Part shown: positions 1-8,094 of the stretch, in pieces
Position numbering within the stretch: the first letter of the stretch is position 1
How the letters are laid out: each line of letters opens with the position of its first letter
IMG/VR virus record: IMGVR_UViG_3300025835_000036
Span: 1 to 25,953 of that record
Reading direction: 5' to 3' (one strand)
DNA from: a virus
Lineage: Duplodnaviria; Caudoviricetes
DNA: 25,953 nt
Position numbers and translations under genes: made by a program
Notes under the pieces: model-generated
The model's input: the letters and a program-made list of their open reading frames with translations, nothing else
What the model was told of the DNA's origin: nothing
Database searches by the model: none

Positions 1-194
1 GGTTCTATTTCACAAAATGCTAAGTTTTCATATTGCTCACCAAATACCATCTTGGCAGCAAGAGCAAAACCACCTATTCCACTAAATAAATCTATATGTG
101 TAAAATGGTCGGCAACATAACTCGCAACTGTACCCGACACTAAATTATCTTCGGCGTTTTTATTTTTAAGAGTCTTTTTTATTTGTTCTTTCAT
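1..194 (-). CDS. DNA (cytosine-5) methyltransferase, N-terminal part (runs off the window)
   Basis: Not in the ORF track. Manual translation from ATG at 194: MKEQIKKTLKNKNAEDNLVSGTVASYVADHFTHIDLFSGIGGFALAAKMVFGEQYENLAFCEIE. DLFSGIGG is C5-MTase motif I (FxGxGG); FCEIE fits motif II. Confidence 0.85.
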   Translation of the reverse strand, partial: MKEQIKKTLKNKNAEDNLVSGTVASYVADHFTHIDLFSGIGGFALAAKMVFGEQYENLAFCEIE

Positions 195-240
195 ACTTTT
201 CTTTCTATGCCGTGCGGGTAAGTTGCCACAGCCGTTATAA
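115..240 (+). mobile_element. attC-like recombination hairpin (site A)
   Basis: ACATAAC-TC-GCAACT[G]TACCCG[A]CAC (115-140) pairs with GTG-CGGGTA-AGTTGC-CACAGCC-GTTATAA (212-240). Two unpaired bases 6 bp apart and TAAC...GTTA cores, as in integron attC sites. Confidence 0.7.
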
Positions 241-384
241 TTTAATTGCTAATATTTTTACAAAACTTGGCTTTATCGGATATCGCTTAAAATTTTTTTC
301 CCTATTGGGGTTGTGAATACAATGCCTTGAGCTTGTTTCTTTTGTATTATAAATAAATCCACACCATTTACATTTACGTTTCAT
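235..384 (-). CDS. small hypothetical protein (49 aa, CxxC), cassette-borne
   Basis: Manual translation MKRKCKWCGFIYNTKETSSRHCIHNPNREKNFKRYPIKPSFVKILAIKL*. Its stop TAA is the TAA|C core of site A. Flanked by a perfect 16-bp inverted repeat (234-249 / 394-409). Confidence 0.55.
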   Translation of the reverse strand: MKRKCKWCGFIYNTKETSSRHCIHNPNREKNFKRYPIKPSFVKILAIKL

Positions 385-397
385 TTTATTCTCGCAA

Positions 398-616
398 TTA
401 AATTATAACTAAGCAATTAATTTGACCGATTAGCTCGGTCTGGTTATTAAATTTAGTTTTCAATTCAAGTTCTTTCATTTTATCTTCAATCACTTTATCA
501 ATGTCCGCAAGTTTCACAATAACTCCGACATCAAGCGGACACTTACATGTCGTCCCTGCAATTATTTCTAAATTTTCTGTGGCTTTTATCCCACCACACT
601 TATTACAAGCTTTCAT
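398..616 (-). CDS. hypothetical protein with CxxC...CxC (possible Zn-binding)
   Basis: ORF track, 72 aa; AAGGAG RBS upstream (623-628). Starts inside the loop of site E. Confidence 0.6.
   Translation of the reverse strand: MKACNKCGGIKATENLEIIAGTTCKCPLDVGVIVKLADIDKVIEDKMKELELKTKFNNQTELIGQINCLVII
403..430 (+). mobile_element. attC-like half site (site D; partner arm not found)
   Basis: TTATAAC-TAAGCAA-T-T-AATTTG-A-CCGA has the same spacing as the other arms. Its core is perfectly complementary to the core at 234-249. Confidence 0.4.
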
Positions 617-659
617 ATATTTCTCCTTTTATTTTCGTGCCGTTTATGCAACATTATAA
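517..659 (+). mobile_element. attC-like recombination hairpin, slightly degenerate (site E)
   Basis: CAATAAC-TCCGACA-T[C]AAGCGG[A]CAC (517-542) is a classical attC R''-L'' arm. It pairs with GTGCCGTTTATG (637-648); the distal core reads ATTATAA instead of GTTATAA (653-659). Confidence 0.55.
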
Positions 660-1112
660 ATTTTTCCTTTTAAATAATATATTTCTCATTGTCATCCCCG
701 TAATTTTATATCCTATATTAATCAAATAATTGGGTATGGCTTTTTGAGACGGCAAGATACATTCAGCCAATATCCAGTTGGGATTAAAAGTCATTGTTTT
801 TAATATCTCTAAATCAATTCCGTCAACATCGATATCAAGCAAATCATAATCTTTATAATCTGCGATGCTTATTGTTAACGCTTGTATAAACTTATCTCTT
901 GGTCTAAACAACTTAAACCGTCTAATCTTTCTAATATCAATACAAATTCCACTCCATCCGTTTAGATATAATAGGTAAGTGTTGCTCCCCTTGATCGGTG
1001 TGGAACAACCTATGTCTAAATATTTACCGATGTTTGGCAGTTGTGCTAACATCATTTTATCCTCCCCCTCGCTGCTGCCAAACAGATTTATAAATTTAAT
1101 TATTTTTTTCAT
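654..1112 (-). CDS. FkbM-family SAM-dependent methyltransferase-like protein
   Basis: YLDIGCSTPIKGSNT..LY..GWSGICID and DLLDIDVDGIDLEILK are typical FkbM motifs; the protein is short (152 aa). Confidence 0.7.
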   Translation of the reverse strand: MKKIIKFINLFGSSEGEDKMMLAQLPNIGKYLDIGCSTPIKGSNTYLLYLNGWSGICIDIRKIRRFKLFRPRDKFIQALTISIADYKDYDLLDIDVDGIDLEILKTMTFNPNWILAECILPSQKAIPNYLINIGYKITGMTMRNILFKRKNL

Positions 1113-1284
1113 ATAATATTTTACTAATATATTCTCTTATAATTTGTTTTGCAACAACTCTAAATAACAAACTAACGAAATCTAAGTCTGTTTTATATTT
1201 AAGCTTTTTGATGTTCTCACAATTTTTAACACTCGCCAAGTATTCATCAAACTTAGCGGTTAAACCTTCAGCAATTTTTTGCAT
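1096..1284 (-). CDS. hypothetical protein
   Basis: 62-aa ORF packed between neighbours in the leftward operon. Confidence 0.55.
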   Translation of the reverse strand: MQKIAEGLTAKFDEYLASVKNCENIKKLKYKTDLDFVSLLFRVVAKQIIREYISKILYEKNN

Positions 1285-1286
1285 AA

Positions 1287-1649
1287 CTATTTTTCATTTA
1301 AATATCTATAAATAGATTGCCAACCATTTAGTTGGCTCTCTGTAGTCTTTATATATACGATCAGAGATTTATAGTCCGCTTCAGCTTTGTCTTGATTTAA
1401 CTTTTCGTTAAAGCAAACTCCTTTAGCGACCTTCTCAAGTATAGTCGCTGGCAGTCCCTTAATCTCAATGCCTTCAAATTCACTTATTGTTTCATTGCGA
1501 ATTTTTAGAATAGTTATCGCAAGTTCTTTGTCATAGAGGGCTATGGCTTCTGCTTTTTTACCGCTTCTTTCATTCAAAAACTTTTTAGCTTTTTCAAGCT
1601 CATTGATTTTTTTTTCTATTTCTGATGAGACGGTTATTATGTCCATCAT
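1287..1649 (-). CDS. helical phage protein next to the annealase (UvsY-like mediator is possible)
   Basis: Likely start at MMDII (1649), overlapping the annealase stop, with a GGGG RBS. Coiled-coil-like sequence ending LNGWQSIYRY. Confidence 0.6.
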   Translation of the reverse strand: MMDIITVSSEIEKKINELEKAKKFLNERSGKKAEAIALYDKELAITILKIRNETISEFEGIEIKGLPATILEKVAKGVCFNEKLNQDKAEADYKSLIVYIKTTESQLNGWQSIYRYLNEK

Positions 1650-2383
1650 TCCCCCTTTTCGTTTTCTTTTTTGATTTCCAACTTCCTGTTTTCCTTGATT
1701 GCTTTTGCAATCCTTTTTTCGTTGGGTTTTAGCTGTGACCACCAATGTTGTAATAACTCCGTTTCCTTTATTCTGCTTACTTCTTCTTTAAAATCTCTTT
1801 GTTGCGACCTTTCTTTGGGCGCAGGAATTTCCTCCTGCTTTAATGTCTCTATTTTTTTTGGACCCTGTTCATCTGCCTGTAACATTTCATCATCGCCGTA
1901 AACACCGCTCAAATCTTCCGGCGCCATCATTCTTAAAACGGATTCCTCCGCACACTTCTTAATCATTGTTTGCTTAAATCTATTCCAGAAAGCATTGGGT
2001 GTACCGTCGCTTTTGCGTTGTACATATTCTTCAAAAGGAAGTTCATCATAATATTTTCCTCGATCTTCAGTATCAATTTCACAAATACCGTATAGGTCAT
2101 CGCTCCTTTTTTCCACCCATCTTTTGTAAGATTTAATTTTGCAATTCCTTTGCGCAATCACTCGCATTCCATCAATACCAGCTTGTATGGTATAAGAAGC
2201 AACCCATTTCCCGAAATTATCTTTTGATTTTCTTTCAACTAAATGTATCTGTCTTAACATTGGGTCGAGCTTTTTCTTTTCACAAACGGCAGCAAAAAAA
2301 TCTACTTGTGCCTGCGGACAGCTTGCGGGAATTATTTTGTTTAATTCCAGTAATTTTATTTGATCTTCTGTTAATAACTTCAT
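1646..2383 (-). CDS. single-strand annealing protein, Redbeta/RecT family
   Basis: FFAAVCEKKKLDPMLRQIHLV, IQAGIDGMRVIAQR and W...QTMIKKCAEESVLRMMAPEDLSGVYGDDEM match the Bet/RecT pattern. Confidence 0.85.
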   Translation of the reverse strand: MKLLTEDQIKLLELNKIIPASCPQAQVDFFAAVCEKKKLDPMLRQIHLVERKSKDNFGKWVASYTIQAGIDGMRVIAQRNCKIKSYKRWVEKRSDDLYGICEIDTEDRGKYYDELPFEEYVQRKSDGTPNAFWNRFKQTMIKKCAEESVLRMMAPEDLSGVYGDDEMLQADEQGPKKIETLKQEEIPAPKERSQQRDFKEEVSRIKETELLQHWWSQLKPNEKRIAKAIKENRKLEIKKENEKGE

Positions 2384-2407
2384 TTCATCTCCTTTCTTTT
2401 ATATTAT

Positions 2408-3103
2408 TTATCGACTTGTCAATATTTTTTCAACATTAAATTTAACGCCGGGGATTGCTAATGTTCCTTTTGTAGCCTGTGCAACTTTGTTTAAGGCTGA
2501 TATATTTGCTATTAAGTATTCTCTTGGAATTAAGTTAATATCGATAACCTCTGCACTCCATTGGTCTCTATAACTAACTCCTCTTGGTGTTTCAATCTGC
2601 GGCGCAACCACCGGGGCTATTGTCGGGATAACGGTCTCTTTTTGCATTTGAAGCTCTTCTGCTTTTTCTGTTTTCCCGGATGCTTCCGCTCTCGCTATCT
2701 TTTCATCAAGTATCTTTTTCTGCCTTGCAGCTTCTGCATCGGCAAGTTTTTGTAAACGTGCTTGTTCTTCCCTTGCCTTGCGTTCCTGCACATTTGTATA
2801 GGCAATCATTAAACTTTTAATCTTAGATTCAGCTTTTTCTAATAATTCTAACGGAGTCTTAAACAGCTCCATAACTGTTTTTTTTGCAATATCGATGGGT
2901 TTTGTTATTCCTTTGCGCTGTGAATCAAGTTCTTTATATCTTGATTTTACCTCCTGTAATATGGTTGATGCAGTTTCATAATCTGATTGATTAGAAATTA
3001 CCAATTCTGCTTTTTGGCAAAGTGCCGGAACATCACTTGTTTTTTTTTGTTCCTTTACGGTGTCAATATTTACTAAAATGTTACTCGTTTTAATGTTACT
3101 CAT
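2408..3103 (-). CDS. coiled-coil protein of the phage recombination module
   Basis: Long coiled coil with C-terminal IPREYL...IPGVKF; lies between the exonuclease and the annealase. Confidence 0.7.
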   Translation of the reverse strand: MSNIKTSNILVNIDTVKEQKKTSDVPALCQKAELVISNQSDYETASTILQEVKSRYKELDSQRKGITKPIDIAKKTVMELFKTPLELLEKAESKIKSLMIAYTNVQERKAREEQARLQKLADAEAARQKKILDEKIARAEASGKTEKAEELQMQKETVIPTIAPVVAPQIETPRGVSYRDQWSAEVIDINLIPREYLIANISALNKVAQATKGTLAIPGVKFNVEKILTSR

Positions 3104-3687
3104 TTTACACTCCGCTTATAATTTGTGATTGTTAATGCACTTAAAAATATATTTTTATCATTTATATTTTTGCACTCTTCAACTTTATAGTTATCCTTGT
3201 TTAGATATACAAGATATCTTTTTTTAATTTGATCTTTTTTTGTTTTATCTTGATTATAAAGAAGCTCATAACCCGCTGTCTGGATTGAGCTTACTTTTTG
3301 TTTAGTCCCTGATTTTATATCAACAAGGGCTAAATCATCCCCTAAGCAACCAACACGGTCAATCCTACCTGCAAATTTATACAATTTATGGAAAAGCATA
3401 ATCTCAATATATGTCGGTATAAAATCATAATCATTACGAAATTTAACCCAGCCATTTAAGTAACCACTCAATGTTGGGTGAAGTTCTGCAATGTCTAATG
3501 TCCCTTTGTCATAAAGCTCGGTTGTCTTATGTACTTTGGTACCAAACAAAGCTTTTGCTTTTAGCACTTCTTTATCAACCCATTCAAGGTTGATAAGCCC
3601 TGCTTCTTGTAAGACTTGTGTGACGGAAGGGATTTCAGTTCCGTCTAAAAAATATTTATGGTCTTTTTCGGTAAAATTTTCTTTCAT
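3100..3687 (-). CDS. PD-(D/E)XK exonuclease (Cas4/YqaJ-like phage recombination nuclease)
   Basis: PSVTQVL, GTKVH, AGRIDRV, VDIKSG and QTAGY motifs. Confidence 0.85.
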   Translation of the reverse strand: MKENFTEKDHKYFLDGTEIPSVTQVLQEAGLINLEWVDKEVLKAKALFGTKVHKTTELYDKGTLDIAELHPTLSGYLNGWVKFRNDYDFIPTYIEIMLFHKLYKFAGRIDRVGCLGDDLALVDIKSGTKQKVSSIQTAGYELLYNQDKTKKDQIKKRYLVYLNKDNYKVEECKNINDKNIFLSALTITNYKRSVK

Positions 3688-3765
3688 TTTATTTTTTTTG
3701 GAGGTTTGTGTTTTTTACACTTAAAAATTTCTCTATCTAATTTATTTATAAGATTATCATAAATC

Positions 3766-3969
3766 TTAATTTTCCTTAATCTCTATTTCTTTCGGTTCAG
3801 GAACAGGAACTTTTTTCAGGAAATTCTGATAAAAATCACAAAGGTCTTTTTCAGCACTCTCGAAACTTTTGCCGCAGCAGTAGTGTTTAATCCCTATGTC
3901 AGAGACGCCGCATACCCAAAAAGGATTGTCGTATTGCGGTTGAAATGAATATGTTATTTTAATTTTCAT
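3766..3969 (-). CDS. hypothetical protein
   Basis: 67-aa ORF overlapping its upstream neighbour by 4 nt (ATGA). Confidence 0.6.
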   Translation of the reverse strand: MKIKITYSFQPQYDNPFWVCGVSDIGIKHYCCGKSFESAEKDLCDFYQNFLKKVPVPEPKEIEIKEN

Positions 3970-4379
3970 TTTTTCCCCTTTGCATTTTCAATATACCAGG
4001 CATTTAAAAGGTGCTCTGGATCGAGCAATATTTGATTGGTTTTTAATAACAGGTTCTCTGCTTTATCCAAATCTCCTTCTCTTTCTAAGAGAAAAACCTT
4101 GAATAAGGCAATTTCGTCCTTCATAAGGACGCTTACATCTCGGAGTCTTCGGGATTTGTGTTCTAACTCATCGATCTCCCATTCTCTTCCATTGTTTCCA
4201 CTATAAAAATCTGTGAATAAGGCAATCTCATCTTCCAGGAGCACATTTGCATCCCAGAGGTTTTTGACCCTATATTGTATTTCACTGATTTTCCATTCCC
4301 CTGTATTGCTGCTGGATTTCAGAAGCGCAAACAAAACAACCCCGAGAAAAACACCAATGAAAATTCCTAAAATTAACAT
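3966..4379 (-). CDS. membrane-anchored hypothetical protein with an internal duplication
   Basis: N-terminal hydrophobic helix; two copies of (G/R)EWxIxE...V L(L/M)xDEIALF; AGGAGG RBS. Confidence 0.65.
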   Translation of the reverse strand: MLILGIFIGVFLGVVLFALLKSSSNTGEWKISEIQYRVKNLWDANVLLEDEIALFTDFYSGNNGREWEIDELEHKSRRLRDVSVLMKDEIALFKVFLLEREGDLDKAENLLLKTNQILLDPEHLLNAWYIENAKGKK

Positions 4380-4381
4380 AA

Positions 4382-4573
4382 TTATCCTCCTGAGATTCTA
4401 TTCTCTTTTTTTGTTATGAAGATATTGATTTTATTTGGCAGTGTCGTTTGCGCCGTATCTGGACGCAAGGCATCCCAAATCTGCTGTGGGTGTTTAACTC
4501 GAAAAACACCCGCCAAACTTTTTTGTTTAATTCCAAGTTTTTTTAGTCTTGGGTTTAGATTATAATCGTTCAT
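4382..4573 (-). CDS. Cro-like helix-turn-helix regulator
   Basis: 63 aa; LKKLGIKQKSLAGVF...QQIWDALR HTH pattern; first gene of the leftward unit. Confidence 0.6.
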   Translation of the reverse strand: MNDYNLNPRLKKLGIKQKSLAGVFRVKHPQQIWDALRPDTAQTTLPNKINIFITKKENRISGG

Positions 4574-4601
4574 TTTATCTCCCTATTTTTTTCTTATATT
4601 T

Positions 4602-4681
4602 AACTTAATAAAAAAAATATCATTTGTCAAGATAAAAATAAAAATATTTTTGTTTGTTTTTTGTTTTGTTTTTATTATATT
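4602..4681. promoter_or_regulatory. divergent promoter region
   Basis: Minus strand: TTGACA(4630-4625)-17 nt-TAAGTT. Plus strand: TATATT at 4676-4681 behind a T-rich tract. Sits at the point where gene orientation diverges. Confidence 0.55.
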
Positions 4682-4710
4682 GCCAAGAATTATAATAACC
4701 AGGAAAGACA

Positions 4711-4975
4711 AAATAACGCAGTTGCGGTTAAGCGGTTTGCGAACACAAACAATAACTAATAAAAGGAAATGAAAATATGAACACACCAACATTAGAAGAA
4801 GCCAGAAAATTAATTAACGAATATGGCGTTGATGAAGATGGGTACATAATGAAAAATATTGAGCAAGATATGGATGGAGATAATAGTATAACATTAAGCC
4901 GATATTTTAGAGAATGTATTAACCTTGTTGTAAATGTAGGGATGCAAGCAAATCCGCTTGAACCGCTTGTTATGT
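4711..4975 (-). mobile_element. attC-like recombination hairpin with a ~200-nt coding loop (site B)
   Basis: Minus strand reads ACATAAC-AAGCG-GTT[C]AAGCGG[A]TTTGC ... GCAAACCGCTTAACCGC-AACTGC-GTTATTT, a near-textbook attC arm pair (arms 4711-4740 and 4948-4975). Confidence 0.8.
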
Positions 4976-5124
4976 TGCGCTCTTTAGCTAAACAACTTAA
5001 TAAGTGGGCTGATGAAAGTAAATCAGGCGGATGGAGTACACATCAAGTTAAACCAATGCAAGAAAAAGCAGCAGAGATATATCAATTATTAGATAAAGTA
5101 GAAAGAATCGAAGCGTCAACATAA
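4777..5124 (+). CDS. hypothetical protein, cassette-borne
   Basis: 115 aa. Starts in the site B loop, is translated through the arm (ANPLEPLVML), and stops at TAA|C (5122-5125). Confidence 0.75.
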   Translation: MNTPTLEEARKLINEYGVDEDGYIMKNIEQDMDGDNSITLSRYFRECINLVVNVGMQANPLEPLVMLRSLAKQLNKWADESKSGGWSTHQVKPMQEKAAEIYQLLDKVERIEAST

Positions 5125-5305
5125 CGATTTTGTGGCTAAGCTGCTGCCCAGCACAACAATGATTTATAAAAGTAATTAACTAAAAATATTTAGAACACTT
5201 AATTAGGAGAATACAATGAACAAGAAACTAAAAACGGGACAACAGACCCAAGAATCCAAAATAGCCGAATGCGAAAAAGCAGCCAGCTTGAGGCACGGGT
5301 TATAT
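5119..5305 (-). mobile_element. attC-like recombination hairpin (site C)
   Basis: Minus strand reads ATATAAC-CCGTGCC-T[C]AAGCTG[G]CTGC ... GCAGCAGCTTAGCCAC-AAAATC-GTTATGT (arms 5119-5147 and 5279-5305). Confidence 0.75.
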
Positions 5306-5617
5306 TTTGATGATCTTAAAAAATACTTCCCTAAAAGTTTTAAGTTAGTTATTGATAGTTTCCAGATTGATGATAGTCTTTTAGAAATACGTTACCATTC
5401 AAACGATTGGTTAAGACACGATTTATTTTATTTCTTTGATGCACAAAATATTTATATAGATATATTCACCGATTTTTATATGAATCCAGCAACATTTTGT
5501 TATTCAATCAGGCGAAGGAATAAAAACAGAATTACATCTGGCAATATTATATCAAGACCCAAAGCAGAACAGCTTGCATTTGTAAAGGCTTTTGAAATAC
5601 TTGAACAAAAAATATAA
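5216..5617 (+). CDS. hypothetical protein, cassette-borne
   Basis: 133 aa, AGGAG RBS in the site C loop; stops at TAA|C (5615-5618). Confidence 0.75.
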   Translation: MNKKLKTGQQTQESKIAECEKAASLRHGLYFDDLKKYFPKSFKLVIDSFQIDDSLLEIRYHSNDWLRHDLFYFFDAQNIYIDIFTDFYMNPATFCYSIRRRNKNRITSGNIISRPKAEQLAFVKAFEILEQKI

Positions 5618-5640
5618 CTACTTATTAAGCTGAACTAATT

Positions 5641-5794
5641 TGATTTTTAAATTAATTATTATATATTTGTAATAGGAATTTGAAGCGTAAAAATGAAACC
5701 TAAAACAAGAAAAAAAACAGCCCCTGAGACACAGCCTTTGGCAAACCTATTTGCGCTTTGGATTCCTCTGTATTGACGGGGCTTTTTATTTTGA
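5641..5794 (+). promoter_or_regulatory. promoter plus structured 5' leader, copy 1
   Basis: TATATTTG at 5662-5669. Helices 5675-5687/5754-5766 and 5719-5724/5778-5783, followed by a T tract. uORF 5693-5776. Paralogous to 8095-8241. Confidence 0.55.
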
Positions 5795-5803
5795 GATGTA
5801 CTA

Positions 5804-8086
5804 ATGGCGAACAAAAATCAAGAAAATTATATCGAGTTTCTTAAAACAAAAAAAAGAACTGTAGGAGCTGTTGGTAAGGCTGTTGATCTGAAAGATATAA
5901 ATTCAGTACTCTTTGATTTTCAAAAAGACATAGTCTATTGGGCTACTAAAATTGGTAGATGCGCAATATTCGCTGATACCGGATTGGGGAAAAGTTTTAT
6001 GCAGTTGGAATGGGGACGGTTAATGGGTAATAGCTGTTTGATATTTGCGCCATTATCTGTTGGCAGGCAGACCATAAGAGAAGCAAAGAAAATAAATATT
6101 GCTGTTAAATATATCAGAGATAAAAAAGAAATTACTAAAAATGGAATTTTTATAACTAACTATGAAAATATAGATAAATTCCAGAATATTAAAATAGATA
6201 GTATAGTTTTAGATGAAAGTTCGATACTAAAAGCTATTGACGGGACTACGAGAAAAAAGTTAATTGATTATTTCACAGGCATAAAATATAAATTATGCTG
6301 TACTGCGACCCCATCCCCAAACGATTACACTGAATTAGGAAATCACGCTGAGTTTTTAAATATATGCTCAACAGCTGAAATGCTATCAACTTATTTTGTG
6401 AATGCAAACAAGGAAAGTGAAAGAGTCACCGGTTCGGGTGAAATAATAAGAATCAAACACTCAAATAAAAATGGTACACAGTGGAGATTAAGGCATAACG
6501 CTCATAAAGATTATTTTAGGTGGCTATCATCTTGGGCAATGGCTATAAGGAAGCCATCTGATTTAGGGTACAAAGACGACGGATATGTTTTACCTGAATT
6601 AAACATCATTCCATTGATAGTTAGGTCTGATTATGTTCCTACCGATGAGCTATTCTTTTCGGGGTTAAAGGGGTTGAAAGACCGAGCAGCGATTAGAGAT
6701 TCAAGTGCAATCGGAAAAATTGAAAAGATAAAAGAACTAACAAATAATAAAAATCAATGGGTTATATGGTGTGGATTGGGGAAAGAATCATCATTAGCAA
6801 AACAGAATATTGACGGATCTATTGAAGTTAAGGGAAATGATGATGTGGAATATAAATCTAAAAGTTTTGAAGACTTCCAGGATAATAAAATCAGGGTGCT
6901 TATTACAAAGGGTAAAATAGGTGGGTTTGGAATGAACTTTCAACAATGTAGCAATATAATATTCTTTGGACTAAATGATAGCTGGGAAATGTTCTATCAA
7001 TGTGTGCGGAGATGTTATCGGTTTGGACAGAAAAAAGAAGTAAATGTTTATATAATAATTTCTGAATTAGAATTACAAATTTATGAGAACATAAAAAGGA
7101 AGGGTGAGATGGCGGAAAGAATGATGAACGGACTAATCGAAGAAGTCAAGGGGTATGAGCTTGAAAAACTTGGTAAAAACAAAAATCTAAAAATAGATTC
7201 TAATTATCAAGAGGACACAATCACGACCGATAAATATACTGCTATGCTCGGGGATTCCTGCAAAAGGTTACCCGAAATTAAATCAAAGTCAATTCACCTA
7301 AGCATATTTTCACCCCCCTTTGCAGACCTTTATACATATTCAGCAACAGACCGGGACTTAGGAAACTCAAAAGATTGGGATGAGTTTTTTAAACATTATA
7401 AATATATAGTCAAAGAATTATTAAGGGTTACTATCGATGGTAGAATTAGTTGTGTTCATACATCTGACATTCCGGCAATGCAGGGCAAAGATGGATATAT
7501 TGGTATAAGAAATTTTCCTGGCGCAGTAATTAAATGTCACGAAGAAAATGGATGGATATTTCACGGCAGGGCAATAGTAACAAAAAACCCACAAGCACAA
7601 GCGATAAGGACACATTCAAAGGCTTTATTATTTGCTCAACTTAGGAGAGATTCAAGTGATTCACGTCCTGCATTATTAGACCATATACTTATTTTCAAAA
7701 AACCCGGCAAGCCTGAAATTCCTGTTAATCCAGTTAAAAATGGTGAAGTCGATAATGAGAAATGGATAAATTGGGCAGGTGGTATCTGGACTGGAATAAG
7801 CGAATCAGATACTTTACAATATACAACGGCAAGAGACAAGGACGACGAAAAACATATTTGCCCCTTGCAATTAGGGACTATTGAGAGATGCATAAAATTA
7901 TATTCAAACCCCGGAGAAACTATATTGACTCCATTTATGGGAATTGGTAGTGAAGCATATCAGGCTATTAAGTTTGGTAGAAAAGCAATCGGCATTGAAT
8001 TAAAACCGTCTTATTTTAGAATAGCAAAACAGAACCTTGCAAATATTGAAAACGAGCAAAATCAAGAAACATTATTTTCTATTTAG
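5804..8086 (+). CDS. SF2 (SNF2-like) helicase fused to a beta-class N4/N6 DNA methyltransferase
   Basis: ADTGLGKS, LDESS, TATP and QCVRRCYRFGQ helicase motifs. C-terminal FSPPF (motif IV, typical of m4C enzymes) precedes PFMGIGS (motif I). Confidence 0.9.
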   Translation: MANKNQENYIEFLKTKKRTVGAVGKAVDLKDINSVLFDFQKDIVYWATKIGRCAIFADTGLGKSFMQLEWGRLMGNSCLIFAPLSVGRQTIREAKKINIAVKYIRDKKEITKNGIFITNYENIDKFQNIKIDSIVLDESSILKAIDGTTRKKLIDYFTGIKYKLCCTATPSPNDYTELGNHAEFLNICSTAEMLSTYFVNANKESERVTGSGEIIRIKHSNKNGTQWRLRHNAHKDYFRWLSSWAMAIRKPSDLGYKDDGYVLPELNIIPLIVRSDYVPTDELFFSGLKGLKDRAAIRDSSAIGKIEKIKELTNNKNQWVIWCGLGKESSLAKQNIDGSIEVKGNDDVEYKSKSFEDFQDNKIRVLITKGKIGGFGMNFQQCSNIIFFGLNDSWEMFYQCVRRCYRFGQKKEVNVYIIISELELQIYENIKRKGEMAERMMNGLIEEVKGYELEKLGKNKNLKIDSNYQEDTITTDKYTAMLGDSCKRLPEIKSKSIHLSIFSPPFADLYTYSATDRDLGNSKDWDEFFKHYKYIVKELLRVTIDGRISCVHTSDIPAMQGKDGYIGIRNFPGAVIKCHEENGWIFHGRAIVTKNPQAQAIRTHSKALLFAQLRRDSSDSRPALLDHILIFKKPGKPEIPVNPVKNGEVDNEKWINWAGGIWTGISESDTLQYTTARDKDDEKHICPLQLGTIERCIKLYSNPGETILTPFMGIGSEAYQAIKFGRKAIGIELKPSYFRIAKQNLANIENEQNQETLFSI

Positions 8087-8094
8087 TCCAGTTT

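Noticed and set aside
3100-3687. CRISPR adaptation Cas4
   Set aside because: No Fe-S cysteine cluster; context with an annealase indicates a recombination exonuclease.
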